In this document: piece after piece, positions 20,292 through 31,952 of the stretch | How positions within the stretch are numbered: the first letter of the stretch is position 1 | Layout of the letters: each line of letters opens with the position of its first letter | From: Nitrospirota bacterium | GTDB taxonomy: Bacteria; Nitrospirota; UBA9217 | Length of the DNA stretch: 64,000 nt | NCBI GenBank assembly: GCA_963796285.1 | Contig: CAWCKW010000012.1 | Span: 1 to 64,000, forward strand | Direction of reading: 5' to 3' | Translations under genes and position numbers: made by a program | The notes under the pieces: model-generated | Seen by the model: the letters and a program-made list of their open reading frames with translations, nothing else | What the model was told of the DNA's origin: nothing | The model's database searches: none

Positions 20292-22818
20292 TCCGGAGCC
20301 TGCCCCAGTTTCCCTGTTCCTGTTCGCTCCACTTCGAACGATCAAAGAGATCGATCCTCCGCAGTATCAAATCATTCCATCGTTGTATTGCAAACTTCCC
20401 TGTATTCACCTTGATCATCACTGCGCCGTCACTATCCGTCCTGCAGATCCGGGCTCCGATGTTCTCGTAGCGCGCAAGGACCTCCTCGCGCGGATGATGG
20501 TATGGATTCCCTCTGCCCACTGTCACGATTGCTACGTCGGGCCGTGTTTGCGATACAAAGGCGTCGCTGCTCGAGCTTTTGCTTCCGTGATGCGGGATCT
20601 TGATAAGGTCGGCTTTCAGGCCCGGCATGGTACTCATGATGTCTTGTTCGGCCTCAATCCCGATATCGCCGGTGAATAAAAGGTTCTTGTCTTCCGACTT
20701 GACCTGGATGACAAGTGAGCGATCGTTCTCAGCGGCGTATGCCTGCCGGTCATGAGCCGCGAACCCCCTACGCGGATGGAGTACGGAGATTATCGCCTCG
20801 CCGAGCATCACCGGCGGATCACCAGCGGACATAAGGCGCAGGTGTAATGCTCTGTCCCGTATCATTGCGTTGAAGGCATCATGTCCCGGCAGGTCCGTAT
20901 CCAGGCCGCTCTCCCAGACCGCAGCGACCTCGAATTTTTTCAGGATCGCGAGAAGCCCGTTCATGTGGTCCGGATGGGGGTGGGACAGGACCACAAGGTC
21001 CAGCCTGCGGATGCCCCTGTTCCAGAGAAAGGGGGCAAGGACGCGCCGCCCGATATCAAAGCGGTTGTCGCGGGTACCTCCTCCGTCGATCAGAATGGTC
21101 TTTCCCCCGGGGAGCTCGATGAGCGTGGAGTCTCCCTGGCCCACGTCGGGGAAGCTGACCCTGGTGCCCTGTTCGGGCATGAAGGAGAGGGCAATCGGAA
21201 GCAGCAGAATCACTCCCGCGAAAGCCATGCCGATGACCGGTACCTTTGAAACCCGTGATGATGATTCAAACGGCTTGAACCGGCAGAGCAGACGCGCCCT
21301 CGCGTGCATGAACAGTGAGACAAAGAAAACAGCATAGAACATAAGCCACACAACATTGGGCGCGGGCGGATGAAATTCAGCGAAGGGGAGCCGTGAAAAG
21401 AATGAGACAGTGCTGATAAATGCGTTTGCTGCGGTCTGGTCCAGCCCGGACAGCGGCAGGTGATGAGTAAAGAGAGAGAGTATCCCTGAAAACAGGCCGA
21501 GCGGAACGACCACCATGCCCGCAAAAGGGACGATGATGAGGTTCGAGAAGATGCCTGCAAATGAGATCTGGTTGAAGTAGAGCGCGACAAGCGGTCCGGT
21601 GGCGAGACCCGTGGAAAGGGATATGACGATGAGGAGCAGGGCGCTGTTCCTGATCTTTTGCAAACGGGTTTTCGACGTGAACTGCAGCTCATTCCAGAAC
21701 GAGACGATGTAACCGATGACCAGGACGGAGAGAAACGAAAGTTGGAACGAGATGTCGAAGATCGCCTGTGGGTCTGAGATGAGGATGAAGAGCGCTGCGA
21801 GGGCAAGGGAGTGCATAAGCGCATTCTCGCGGTCAAGGATGATCGCGAAGAGCCCCGCGGTGATCATAATGAGCGATCGGACCGTTGCCACCTGCCCCCC
21901 TGCAAGCAGCGTATAGAAGACCACGAGCGGGAGGGTGAGCCATGCAGCAATGATCTTTGGGTCCGTGCGCAGGGTCAAACGGTGATAGAACCGTTCCGGC
22001 ATCATGAACAGCAGCCACCTGATCAGGCCGAAGCAGAGGACCGCCACCATGCCGAGGTGGGATCCGGAGATGGAGATGATGTGCGTGACGCCCGCCGCCA
22101 TGAACCTGTCCCGCAGTTCGTCGGTAAGCCGTCCTTCCTCTCCGAGAACCATGGCCTGGATGATTGCAGAGCCGTCCCCGGAGGTTGACGCCAGAAACGC
22201 TTGACGGATCCGTTCCCTCCAGTCCTGGATTTTTCGAAAGATACCGGTGCCGCGGCTGAGGATCCCGATCATATCCGCGCTCTTAACATTTATGGTGTAA
22301 TAGATGCCGTTTCGTGCCAAGGATGACGGGTAGTCAAAGCCTCCCGGATTGTTGTATCCGCCCGGCTCGAAAAGTTTGCCGGTGATGCGAACGATATCAC
22401 CATATCCAACGGATGACAGCTCTTCGCGAACGCTGACGCGGATCTTCCCCGAAACGCGGGACCCGTCGATGTCATGAATATCCAGGACAAAGCCTGTCTT
22501 CTCCGGGTCACGATCAAGAGGGGAGGTGATATTGCCGATGACCTCGTGGGTCTTCTTGTCAGGCATGAAATAGCGGGTGTAATGATCTGAGGGAAACCAT
22601 GCGGCCGAGGAGAGGTATGCGGACATACCCACAAGGCAGGGGAGCATGACGAGCATCGTCCGGCGAATGGTCAGTTTATCCAACCAGGTAAGTACGCCCG
22701 ATATCAGAATACTGATAATGAGCAGTAACCCGATCGCATAAGGGAAGTAGAGAAACCCGTGGCCGATCAGGAGGCCCGCGATGTACGCCAGTGTAAGGGT
22801 TATGATGGGTTTGCGCAT
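20272..22818 (-). CDS. comEC: DNA internalisation competence protein ComEC/Rec2
   Basis: NPGGFDY, HIISISGSH, ISFQLSF, DVGQGD, SHPHPDHMNG and PHHGS. Confidence 0.95.
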   Translation of the reverse strand: MRKPIITLTLAYIAGLLIGHGFLYFPYAIGLLLIISILISGVLTWLDKLTIRRTMLVMLPCLVGMSAYLSSAAWFPSDHYTRYFMPDKKTHEVIGNITSPLDRDPEKTGFVLDIHDIDGSRVSGKIRVSVREELSSVGYGDIVRITGKLFEPGGYNNPGGFDYPSSLARNGIYYTINVKSADMIGILSRGTGIFRKIQDWRERIRQAFLASTSGDGSAIIQAMVLGEEGRLTDELRDRFMAAGVTHIISISGSHLGMVAVLCFGLIRWLLFMMPERFYHRLTLRTDPKIIAAWLTLPLVVFYTLLAGGQVATVRSLIMITAGLFAIILDRENALMHSLALAALFILISDPQAIFDISFQLSFLSVLVIGYIVSFWNELQFTSKTRLQKIRNSALLLIVISLSTGLATGPLVALYFNQISFAGIFSNLIIVPFAGMVVVPLGLFSGILSLFTHHLPLSGLDQTAANAFISTVSFFSRLPFAEFHPPAPNVVWLMFYAVFFVSLFMHARARLLCRFKPFESSSRVSKVPVIGMAFAGVILLLPIALSFMPEQGTRVSFPDVGQGDSTLIELPGGKTILIDGGGTRDNRFDIGRRVLAPFLWNRGIRRLDLVVLSHPHPDHMNGLLAILKKFEVAAVWESGLDTDLPGHDAFNAMIRDRALHLRLMSAGDPPVMLGEAIISVLHPRRGFAAHDRQAYAAENDRSLVIQVKSEDKNLLFTGDIGIEAEQDIMSTMPGLKADLIKIPHHGSKSSSSDAFVSQTRPDVAIVTVGRGNPYHHPREEVLARYENIGARICRTDSDGAVMIKVNTGKFAIQRWNDLILRRIDLFDRSKWSEQEQGNWGRLRIRAAGP

Positions 22819-23400
22819 AAACGGTCAAGAATCTATATTCAGGAGCGCTGTAAAGAAAAGATGGCTGAACTGTATGTATTATAGCTATGCACCGAAAGAA
22901 CCAACGTTCCCCTGGTTACGCACAAGCTTGTTCTTCTGGACCACGACACCCAACCATGCATACCATTAAGCGACGGAGGTAAGTATAACAGCATTATTCA
23001 TAATTAGACAAAGAAAAAATGCTAACTATTTGATATTAGGATGGTCATTTGTCACTGACACGATAATAATAGAACGTATAGATATTTTCTTCATTTCGGT
23101 GCAGGGACATTTTTGGGTCGTCTTGAACTTTGCCTTTTTCGTGCTATAGTTAAAGGGTAACAGGTTCGGAAGATAAATCCGATAAAGTATTTATTCCTCA
23201 ACAATAACCGGTATGCCGTACGACTTTTAGCCTATGTCAGATATGCTATCCATGTTAGCATCAGTCCGTAAACTAAATTTCAATGTCATAACACAATGAC
23301 GGTAAGCGCTATTGGAAAAAACATCCGTTAGAGCATCGGTACGGTCGGTTATATTCCACGACGTTATTACAACACATCGATCACTCGAAAGGAGGCACTT

Positions 23401-24600
23401 ATGAGAAAGTCCGTCTTTACGAGAAGGGATTTTATCAAGACCGCAGGAGTTCTTACTGCAATGACCGCTTTGGGGGAGTTTCCCGTTGATCTTTTCGCCG
23501 GAGCCGACCCACGGAGGATGGCTAAGTTCCCGGAAAAAACGGACCTCTACCTCCTCACTGCCCGCCCGCCGCAGCTCGAAACCCCGCTCTCCTATTTTTC
23601 GAAATTGATCACACCGAATGACGAGCTTTTTGTGCGGTGGCACATTTCGGATATCCCCACTTCGGTTGATCTGGCAACATGGCGTCTTGCCGTTGGTGGC
23701 AACACGGACAAGGAACTGCAGCTCTCGATGGATGACCTCAAGACGAAATTCGAAAAGGTCACCTACACCGCCGTCATCCAATGCTCCGGCAACAGCAGGA
23801 GCTTTTTCGAACCCCGGGTCGTCGGAGGTCAGTGGCAGAACGGGGCCATGGGAAACGTCACTTGGACCGGCGTGCGGCTGAAGGACATCCTGAACATGGC
23901 CGGGATCAAGGCAGGTTCCGTGGACGTGAGCTTCGACGGGCTCGACAAGGGGCCGCTTCCGTCGGTACCTGATCTTGTAAAAAGCCTGCCCGTGGACAAG
24001 GCCATGGACGAAGACATCATTGTCGCATACGAAATGAACAACAAGCCGCTTCCCTTTCTGAACGGGTTCCCGGCCCGGCTTGTTGTTCCGGGCTGGTTCG
24101 CAACTTACTGGGTCAAAGCCCTGAGCACGATATCGGTATTGCCGGCGCAGTTCGAGGGGTTCTGGGTCAAGACCGCCTACCGGATACCGGACACTCCCTG
24201 CGGGTGCGTTGCTCCGGGTTCAACGCCGAAAAAGACCATTCCCATCAATCGCATGACGACCCGGTCCTTCATCATCGGTCCGGCCGAAGGAGCTGCCCTG
24301 GCAAGGAACAAACCACTGGAGATCAGCGGCATTGCATTTTCCGGCGGGTACGGCATCAAAGAGGTGATCGTCTCGACCGACGGCGGCAGGTCCTGGAGCG
24401 AGGCAAAACTCGGAAAGGACCTGGGCAAGTATTCATGGATCCAGTGGACCCATTCGTGGAAGCCGACTAAGGCCGGCAACTACCGTCTGATGGTCAAGGC
24501 CACGAACAGTATCGGAGAGTCGCAGCCCTTTGACGGCCTGTGGAACCCGGCGGGTTATTTGTGGAACAAGGTGGAAAAAGTCGATGTCTTCGTACGATAG
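23401..24600 (+). CDS. sorA: Periplasmic molybdopterin sulfite-oxidase-family enzyme (SorA-like)
   Basis: Tat signal TRRDFIK, FVRWH, Mo-ligand QCSGN, NGFPARLVVPGW and WNPAGY. Confidence 0.88.
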   Translation: MRKSVFTRRDFIKTAGVLTAMTALGEFPVDLFAGADPRRMAKFPEKTDLYLLTARPPQLETPLSYFSKLITPNDELFVRWHISDIPTSVDLATWRLAVGGNTDKELQLSMDDLKTKFEKVTYTAVIQCSGNSRSFFEPRVVGGQWQNGAMGNVTWTGVRLKDILNMAGIKAGSVDVSFDGLDKGPLPSVPDLVKSLPVDKAMDEDIIVAYEMNNKPLPFLNGFPARLVVPGWFATYWVKALSTISVLPAQFEGFWVKTAYRIPDTPCGCVAPGSTPKKTIPINRMTTRSFIIGPAEGAALARNKPLEISGIAFSGGYGIKEVIVSTDGGRSWSEAKLGKDLGKYSWIQWTHSWKPTKAGNYRLMVKATNSIGESQPFDGLWNPAGYLWNKVEKVDVFVR

Positions 24601-24610
24601 GAGGCCGAAA

Positions 24611-24946
24611 ATGAAACATCTCTTATTCATATTAATAACCTTTTCGCTGCTGCTAACCACGGGGACGCTCTACGCGCAGGAACCGGGTGCCAAGGGTACG
24701 GTCCGTTCCATCGAACTTCCTGATGTCACAATACCGCTGAAGCCGGGTGCGGGTCTGGACAAGACCTCGACCCTCTGCAACATCTGCCACAGCGTCGATT
24801 ACATCACCATGCAGCCTGCCTTCTCCCGGGCGCAATGGACTGCAACAGTGAACAAGATGATCAAGGTCATGGGCGCTCCGATCATTGACCAGGACGCAAA
24901 GACGATCATCGACTACCTGGTCACGAACTACGGCTCGGGTTCGTGA
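24611..24946 (+). CDS. sorB: Monoheme cytochrome c partner (SorB-like)
   Basis: Signal peptide, CNICHSVDYITMQP, W..TVNKM..MGAPI..IIDYL; 10 bp after sorA. Confidence 0.85.
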   Translation: MKHLLFILITFSLLLTTGTLYAQEPGAKGTVRSIELPDVTIPLKPGAGLDKTSTLCNICHSVDYITMQPAFSRAQWTATVNKMIKVMGAPIIDQDAKTIIDYLVTNYGSGS

Positions 24947-25215
24947 CCGGCGGACAGAGGGAGAAAATCATCGTTATTTGCGCTCGCGTGTATGTCGAGC
25001 CTGTGCCGCTGATATATCATTGGGGTATCTCTGGTGAGGTGAGAGGTGATATTTGACACTGGCAGGAATAAAAAGGTTGAATGTGATTCCGACGAGATAT
25101 ACCAAATGCATCAATGTTGGCCCCGCCTAAGTTGTGGTGAAGGACCTTTTTTTATAATGCTATTCGATACGGCAAAGAACGAATACGAATAGTTTGACGG
25201 CCCGGCTTATCTTAA

Positions 25216-25758
25216 TTATTCCTTGTTTTTTCTCTCTTGCGCCAGCGGGAGATCGACGGTCTTGATCAATCTCTTCTCGAAGGAAATCGGCCTATCTTCT
25301 CCTGCTTCGCTATAGATTGCAGGTCTGCCGGAAAAAACGGCGTCGATCGATATGGGTATTGTTTTCTGGCCTGATAAAATCCGTCGTAGGACGGAACCCA
25401 GAATGGGGTAGAGGTCCGCATAAGCGATCGTTGCAGGGACATTAATTACCGTATCGCCTTTCGGTTCAAGCGCCAACGGGATGTCTTTTCCTGTAAGAAC
25501 CCTTTTCCCTTCCACAAAAAGCTCATACGAGCAGGTCACGTTCTTCAATCCTGCTTCATTCGGGTTATGCGCAGTGAACAGAAAGTTCACGGTTGCCCCG
25601 CTTTGCGAGGTCTCGACCAGTTCGGATCCCGCAAAGGTGAAGGTTGGCTTCTCAAACCGGGTGGTCATCAGTTTAGTAAAGGTGCATCCTGGCAGGGCAA
25701 GGATGAGCGCCAAGATGACCACGCGCATTATGCTGTATGAAAATGTTCTTCTATTCAT
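25216..25758 (-). CDS. LEA type 2 / WHy-domain lipoprotein
   Basis: Lipobox LPGC, then FEKPT..HNPN..Y.LFVEG pattern. Confidence 0.7.
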   Translation of the reverse strand: MNRRTFSYSIMRVVILALILALPGCTFTKLMTTRFEKPTFTFAGSELVETSQSGATVNFLFTAHNPNEAGLKNVTCSYELFVEGKRVLTGKDIPLALEPKGDTVINVPATIAYADLYPILGSVLRRILSGQKTIPISIDAVFSGRPAIYSEAGEDRPISFEKRLIKTVDLPLAQERKNKE

Positions 25759-25906
25759 AGTGAACGTTTTGGAAACAACAATGAGGCATTGTTGTGTTGA
25801 TCGACATGCTCCAAGTAAATCACGGTGCAACCGGGAGAGGATTCGGGCTTGCTTCCGGAGCATCAATTGGCGACAGGATAGTGCCAGAAGATATCCGGCC
25901 GTAATT

Positions 25907-27256
25907 CTACCCCAGCTTCTCCCGGATGATCCCTGCAAGATCGTCGGCAAGCGTCTTGATTTCGTTCTGGTCCTCGCCCTCGATCATCACGCGGACCTTT
26001 GGCTCGGTGCCGGAGTACCGCACGAGCAGGCGGCCGGTTCCATCAAGCTTCTTCTCGATCTCGGACATCCGCTTCGCGATCTCGGGCATTGAGTCGAGGT
26101 CTTTCCGCTCTTTTACTTTCACGTTCACGAGTATCTGGGGATAGGTCTTCATGCAGGCCGCGAGTTCCGACAGCGGTTTATCGGCCTGCTTCATGATCGT
26201 GAGCACCTGGAGCGCGGAGATGAGGCCGTCGCCGGTGGTGTTGTGGTCCAGGAAGATGATGTGGCCCGACTGTTCTCCGCCGAGGTTATAGCCGCCCTCG
26301 ATCATCTTTTCCATGACGTACCGATCACCGACTGCAGCGCGCACGAGCTTGCCGCCTGCTTGACGCATTGCCAGTTCCAAGCCGAGATTGCTCATGACCG
26401 TGGCCACGAGCGTGTTGTGGTTGAGATCGCCGTGTTTCATCATGTGGAGAGCGCAGATGGCCATGACTGCGTCGCCGTCGACCATGACGCCGTTCTCATC
26501 GCACAGGATGACACGGTCAGCGTCTCCGTCAAAGGCGATCCCGATCTGCGCGTTGTTTGCCACCACGGCACGGCAGATGACCTCGGGGTGGAGCGAGCCG
26601 CAGCCCTGGTTGATGTTCATGCCGCTTGGCTGGTCGTAGAGTGAGAGGACGTCTGCGCCGAGCTCCGTCAGGACGCGTGGTCCGATCTTGTATGCCGCGC
26701 CGTTGGCGGAGTCGACAACGATGCGCAGCCCCGCAAGGTCCATACCGCGGGGGATCGAGGACTTTACGAACTCGTTGTATCTGCCGATGGCGTCGTCGAT
26801 CCGGAAGGCCTTGCCGATCTCGCTGGCCGTAGGCCGTACGGCGTCTATCGCGCCTGAGAAGATCAGGTCCTCCATCTGTTTTTCCATTTCGTCGGGAAGC
26901 TTGAATCCGTCCCTGCCGAAAAATTTAATACCGTTATCCTCATAAGGGTTGTGCGATGCCGAGATCACGACGCCGGCATCGGCCCTGAGACTGCGCGTGA
27001 GGAACGCGATCCCCGGCGTCGGCACGGGCCCGATCAGCAGCACATCCATGCCCATGGAGCACAGCCCGGAAGTAAGCGCGCTTTCGATCATATACCCCGA
27101 GAGCCTCGTGTCCTTGCCGATCACGATGCGGTGTCTGCGGGCCGAATCACGGAACACGTGCGCCGCCGCCCTGCCGATGCGCATTGCCATCTCCGAGGTC
27201 ATGGGGTCCTTGTTCGCTACACCCCGTACTCCGTCTGTCCCGAAAAGCTTTTTCAT
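25907..27256 (-). CDS. glmM: Phosphoglucosamine mutase
   Basis: [28 protein letters not shown] and RYSGTEP. Confidence 0.97.
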   Translation of the reverse strand: MKKLFGTDGVRGVANKDPMTSEMAMRIGRAAAHVFRDSARRHRIVIGKDTRLSGYMIESALTSGLCSMGMDVLLIGPVPTPGIAFLTRSLRADAGVVISASHNPYEDNGIKFFGRDGFKLPDEMEKQMEDLIFSGAIDAVRPTASEIGKAFRIDDAIGRYNEFVKSSIPRGMDLAGLRIVVDSANGAAYKIGPRVLTELGADVLSLYDQPSGMNINQGCGSLHPEVICRAVVANNAQIGIAFDGDADRVILCDENGVMVDGDAVMAICALHMMKHGDLNHNTLVATVMSNLGLELAMRQAGGKLVRAAVGDRYVMEKMIEGGYNLGGEQSGHIIFLDHNTTGDGLISALQVLTIMKQADKPLSELAACMKTYPQILVNVKVKERKDLDSMPEIAKRMSEIEKKLDGTGRLLVRYSGTEPKVRVMIEGEDQNEIKTLADDLAGIIREKLG

Positions 27257-27909
27257 CTGTTCATCCTCTCAATGATGATTCGTACCTCGACATTCTTTTC
27301 AATGAGCTTCACCGACTGGCCCTGGTAATCTATCTTGGGTTCGATTGACCGGTTCTCTGCGGCCCCCTGAATGTCGATCGGCATGGTTTGGAGACTGTCC
27401 AGCATTTTTATTACGCTGGAGGGCCCTTCAACGGATATCTTCGGCGGAGTGATAACAATATTCTTCAGTCGATAGCCGCTCGCGGGAACACCATGGACAA
27501 CCGGCTTAAGACGGAATGTTTTCCGGATGAGCGGCTCGAGCCTTACCTTGACCTCCGACAGGGACATGTGGGTGACGGCAACCTCTGCAGGACGACTGAT
27601 ATCGTCAGGAGAAAGGCGCACGACATTCTCTCCCTCCTTGGTCATGGACAGGTCGAGGATGCCGACCAGCTTCTTGCCTGTCGTGATGTCCCGAAGCACC
27701 CGTTCCTGGCCCTGCACGCGCACTTCCAGTGAACTGGCCACAGGCCCGACCACGGCCATGTTCTGGGGGATGTTGCGCAGCTCGAGCGGTACCGTCAGCG
27801 TCATCTCGGTCTTGCCTTTTGAAGTGACGTAGAACCAGAGCATCAGGGAAAGTCCGAGCGATATGAGTTTGATGCCCCAGTTTTCAACAAACAGGCTTCG
27901 AAGGTTCAT
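27253..27909 (-). CDS. cdaR: CdaR/YbbR-like diadenylate cyclase regulator
   Basis: N-terminal TM ([15 protein letters not shown]) plus YbbR-like beta domains; lies between cdaA and glmM. Confidence 0.85.
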   Translation of the reverse strand: MNLRSLFVENWGIKLISLGLSLMLWFYVTSKGKTEMTLTVPLELRNIPQNMAVVGPVASSLEVRVQGQERVLRDITTGKKLVGILDLSMTKEGENVVRLSPDDISRPAEVAVTHMSLSEVKVRLEPLIRKTFRLKPVVHGVPASGYRLKNIVITPPKISVEGPSSVIKMLDSLQTMPIDIQGAAENRSIEPKIDYQGQSVKLIEKNVEVRIIIERMNR

Positions 27910-27916
27910 GGCATGA

Positions 27917-28705
27917 TCACCGGCCCTTCTTTTTAACGAAAATATCGGAGATCGTCTTCCTGAGCGCGGGTGCGTCGGCATTGTGCGCGATCGCACCGTT
28001 CATGACCACCGAGATCTCCCCCGTTTCCTCGGACACGACGATCGCCACGGCATCGCTCTCTTCCGTCAGCCCGACAGCGGCGCGATGGCGGGTGCCGAGC
28101 GCTTTTGACAGGTTTGACGAAAGCGTGAGCGGCAGGAAGCACCCCGCGGCGGTGATCCTGCCGTTCCTGATGATCGCCGCGCCGTCGTGGATCGGCGAGT
28201 AGGGAAGGAAGATGCTCACGAGGATCTCCTTGGTGACCTTGGCGTCAAGATCGGTACCCATCTCCACGATGGTCGATAGATCTGTGTCGCGCTCGAGCAC
28301 GATGAGCGCGCCGATACGCTTGTTGGCCATGTTGACAGCCGCCTTGACCGTCTCCTCAATGAATTTTGAGCCCTCGACCTCCGAGAGCGATCGGAATAGG
28401 TGGCGTTCGCCGACCCGGGCCAGCGTACGCCTGATCTCGGGCTGGAACAGGATCACGAGGGCAAGCACGATCTGGGACCAGAAGCTGTGGATGAGCCAGT
28501 CAAGGGTGTAGAACTCGAAGGCCTGCGATGCGATGAGCACGAGAACGATGAGCCCGATGCCGATAAGCATCTGAAAGGCCCGCGTACCCTTGATGATGAG
28601 AAGCAGCCGGTAGCAGAGATAGTAGACGAGCGCTATGTCCACTGTATCGTTGAACCAGCGATAGTGCACCAGGGATTCGCGTATTTCAGTGAAGTTAATG
28701 AGCAT
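27917..28705 (-). CDS. cdaA: Diadenylate cyclase CdaA
   Basis: Three TM helices, FQPEIRR, HDGA, GTRHRAA and VSEETG. Confidence 0.95.
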   Translation of the reverse strand: MLINFTEIRESLVHYRWFNDTVDIALVYYLCYRLLLIIKGTRAFQMLIGIGLIVLVLIASQAFEFYTLDWLIHSFWSQIVLALVILFQPEIRRTLARVGERHLFRSLSEVEGSKFIEETVKAAVNMANKRIGALIVLERDTDLSTIVEMGTDLDAKVTKEILVSIFLPYSPIHDGAAIIRNGRITAAGCFLPLTLSSNLSKALGTRHRAAVGLTEESDAVAIVVSEETGEISVVMNGAIAHNADAPALRKTISDIFVKKKGR

Positions 28706-28741
28706 AGTAAAGGATCGCTGACAAGCGTGCAAGCTTGCAGG

Positions 28742-29887
28742 CTAGGTTTTCCTCAGTATTGCATCCGTCATTTTCGCGACCTGCGCCATGCGTCCCACGT
28801 CATGGACCCGCACGACGCGGGCGCCGCGCTCGATCCCGAGCGCCACAGTGGCCGCTGTGCCGTCCACCCTCTGTTCGGGCGCCTGGATATCCAGGACCGT
28901 GCCGATGAACTTTTTTCGCGACGTGCCGAGCACGATCGGCCTGCCGAGTGCCTGGAATTGATCGAGCCGGTCCAGGAGCACAAGGTTGTGTTCGAGCGTC
29001 TTTCCGAACCCGATGCCCGGGTCGATGAAGATCTTTTCCCGGTCCACGCCTGCTTTTTCGGCGATCTCGATCCCCTCCTCGAAATAGGTCATGACCTCGC
29101 CGATGACATCATGATAGACGGGGTTCTGCTGCATATTACGCGGAGTACCCTTGATGTGCATGATGATCACGGCAGCGGCGGAATCAGCCACCACGTTCGC
29201 CATGTCGGGCGAAAACCTGAGCCCGCTGATGTCGTTCACGATCCCCGCGCCCGCATCGATAGCTCTTTTCGCCACCGATGACTTATAGGTATCCACCGAT
29301 ATTGGGACCGCAAGCTCGGCTGATAGGCGCTCGATGAGCGGGATGATCCGGCGGAGCTCTTCCTCTTCGGCCACCGGCGCCGCTCCGGGCCTGGTGGACT
29401 CCCCTCCGATATCGATGATGTCTGCTCCTGCAGCAACCATTGAACGGGCGTGCATCAGAGCCCTCGCCGCATCGGCATAATGTCCGCCATCGGAAAAGGA
29501 ATCAGGGGTCGCGTTCAGAATGCCCATGATGTGTGTGCGGTTGCCGAGGTCGAGGACCTTGCCTCCGCAGTTAATCTTATAGTCTGAGCGCAGGTAGTTG
29601 TCAAGCAAAGAGTGGAATGTATCAGCAAGACCGGGGGGGACGCGTTGATCTTCAGCGAGGAGCAGGGAAAGGCGCCTCAGCTGGTTCGGGGTACCGGTCA
29701 CAATACTCTCGTGAGGAACGATATCAGCTGATTGTTCTTGCTGAAAAGAAATCGGAGCAGGGTGTAAGGCTGCTCCGGTTGTTGATGATTGCAAGATTTG
29801 GGAAAGGGCGGCCGCCTGGCCGGCATCGAGGCCCTTCAGAGTTATGGCGAGTGTCCCGTGGCCGGAGATCCGGAGGACAGGCTCCAT
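28742..29887 (-). CDS. folP: Dihydropteroate synthase with an N-terminal extension
   Basis: MGILNATPDSFSDGG, GGESTRPG, DPGIGFGK, SRKKFIG and RVHDV. Confidence 0.95.
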   Translation of the reverse strand: MEPVLRISGHGTLAITLKGLDAGQAAALSQILQSSTTGAALHPAPISFQQEQSADIVPHESIVTGTPNQLRRLSLLLAEDQRVPPGLADTFHSLLDNYLRSDYKINCGGKVLDLGNRTHIMGILNATPDSFSDGGHYADAARALMHARSMVAAGADIIDIGGESTRPGAAPVAEEEELRRIIPLIERLSAELAVPISVDTYKSSVAKRAIDAGAGIVNDISGLRFSPDMANVVADSAAAVIIMHIKGTPRNMQQNPVYHDVIGEVMTYFEEGIEIAEKAGVDREKIFIDPGIGFGKTLEHNLVLLDRLDQFQALGRPIVLGTSRKKFIGTVLDIQAPEQRVDGTAATVALGIERGARVVRVHDVGRMAQVAKMTDAILRKT

Positions 29888-29896
29888 ACCGCCCTC

Positions 29897-31693
29897 CTAT
29901 ACCGCCGCGGGTTGAGCGTTGATGATTGCGTCGATATCGGCTGCGTCGAGGGTCTCTTTTTCGAGCAGGCCCTTAGCAAGGCCGTGGAGTGCATCCACCC
30001 GGTCCTGGATCAGGGTCTTGGCCCGGTGGTAGTTGTCCATGACGATGCGTTTTACTTCGTTGTCGATCTCGACGGCGGTATGCTCACTGTAGTCGCGATG
30101 CTGCGCGATCTCGCGTCCGAGGAATATCGCCTCTTCCTTCTTGCCGTAGGACAACGGGCCCATGGCATCGCTCATGCCCCACTCGCATACCATCTTCCGG
30201 GCGAGCGCTGTCGCGCGTTCAAGGTCGTTGCCTGCGCCGGTGGTCATGTGCTGAAGCGCGATCTCTTCAGCGGCCCTGCCGCCCAGGAGAATCGCGATGT
30301 TGTTCAGCAGGTGTTCGCGGTCATAGGAATACCGGTCAGCCGTGGGGAGTTGCAGCGTGACGCCCAGCGCCATGCCGCGAGGGATGATCGATACCTTATG
30401 CACTGGATCGGTCCCGGGAATGAGCCGGGCAACCAGGGTGTGTCCGGCTTCGTGGTACGCCGTGTTTTTCTTTTCGTCGTCGCTGATCAGCATGCTCTTG
30501 CGTTCGAGGCCCATGAGGATCTTGTCCTTGGCACGCTCGAAATCGTCGTTCTCCACCTGCGTTTTGCCGATCCTGGCGGCGAGGATCGCCGCTTCGTTCA
30601 CGAGGTTCGCCAGCTCCGCCCCGGAGAGCCCCGGGGTGCCCCGGGCGATGGATTCGATGTCCACGTGCGGCCCGAGCTTGATCTTCTGGGTATGCACCTT
30701 GAGCACGCCGATCCTTCCGTTCAAGTCCGGCCGCGGGATCACGACCATCCGGTCGAACCTGCCCGGCCTGAGGAGCGCCGGGTCGAGAACGTCGGGTCGG
30801 TTCGTGGCAGCCACGAGGATCACCCCTTCATTGCTTTCGAATCCGTCCATCTCCACAAGCAGCTGGTTCAGGGTCTGTTCGCGCTCGTCATGGCCGCCGC
30901 CCAGTCCCGCACCGCGGTGCCTGCCCACGGCGTCTATCTCGTCGATGAAGATGATGCAGGGCGCGTTCTTCTTGCCCTGCTCAAAGAGATCGCGGACGCG
31001 CGATGCTCCCACGCCCACGAACATTTCAACAAAATCCGAGCCGCTGATCGACAGGAAGGGAACGCCTGCCTCGCCCGCGATGGCGCGCGCCAGAAGCGTC
31101 TTGCCGGTCCCCGGAGGGCCGACGAGCAGCACGCCCTTGGGGATCTTGCCGCCGAGCTTCTGGAACTTCTGCGGGTCCTTCAGGATCTCGATGATCTCCT
31201 GGACCTCCACCTTGGCCTCATCCATACCGGCCACTTCGTTGAAGGTCACCTTTTTCGCGTTTTCGTTCAGGAGCTTGGCCTTGCTCTTGCCGAAGGACAT
31301 GGCCTTGTTCCCGCCCATCTGCATGTTGCGCATGATGAACAGGAACCAGAGCGCCATGAGGATGAGCGGCGCCCAGACCACGAGGAAGCTGTACCACGCC
31401 GATTCCTTCACCGGCTCTGCATTGATCTTCACACCTTTGGAGCGGAGGTCCTTGACGAGATCGGGATAGTCCGGCAGGTTGGTCTTAAATGACTTGCCGG
31501 TCTTGTAATTGCCGAACATTTCGGTGCCCTTGATCGTGACGTCGTTCACCTCGTTGCTGGCGATCTTGTCCATGACGTCGCTGAAGGGGATCTGCACCGC
31601 TGTCTGGCTGACGGGATTGAACAGGTTGAAGATGAGCACTGATACCACCACGAACAACATGATCAGCGCCATATTTTTATAGAATGCACTCAC
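29897..31693 (-). CDS. ftsH: ATP-dependent zinc metalloprotease FtsH
   Basis: [25 protein letters not shown] and HEAGH; GTG start. Confidence 0.98.
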   Translation of the reverse strand: MSAFYKNMALIMLFVVVSVLIFNLFNPVSQTAVQIPFSDVMDKIASNEVNDVTIKGTEMFGNYKTGKSFKTNLPDYPDLVKDLRSKGVKINAEPVKESAWYSFLVVWAPLILMALWFLFIMRNMQMGGNKAMSFGKSKAKLLNENAKKVTFNEVAGMDEAKVEVQEIIEILKDPQKFQKLGGKIPKGVLLVGPPGTGKTLLARAIAGEAGVPFLSISGSDFVEMFVGVGASRVRDLFEQGKKNAPCIIFIDEIDAVGRHRGAGLGGGHDEREQTLNQLLVEMDGFESNEGVILVAATNRPDVLDPALLRPGRFDRMVVIPRPDLNGRIGVLKVHTQKIKLGPHVDIESIARGTPGLSGAELANLVNEAAILAARIGKTQVENDDFERAKDKILMGLERKSMLISDDEKKNTAYHEAGHTLVARLIPGTDPVHKVSIIPRGMALGVTLQLPTADRYSYDREHLLNNIAILLGGRAAEEIALQHMTTGAGNDLERATALARKMVCEWGMSDAMGPLSYGKKEEAIFLGREIAQHRDYSEHTAVEIDNEVKRIVMDNYHRAKTLIQDRVDALHGLAKGLLEKETLDAADIDAIINAQPAAV

Positions 31694-31952
31694 TAAAAGA
31701 AACCTCCAATACTTCGTAATGGTTAATTCTTTTGTTTGAAGATTGAACGGTGAAAATCGAATGATATCATAACCATAGAAAATTCAACCGGCAACCTTCA
31801 TTACCGTTGATAGTAACATATTCCTACGTTCAAGACAACAGTTTATCCACTCTTTACCCTGACCCAAGACAATCCTTACGCAACTGGCTGATAGTTGTAA
31901 CGGCGAATTGCCGATCAAATAGGCCAACCTCCCGGATCTTCGCGTGCGGCTG

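Noticed and set aside
29789-31492. Long antisense ORFs (also at 39495, 44177, 46474 and 53147)
   Set aside because: These are shadows of GC3-rich conserved genes on the opposite strand with no domain features.
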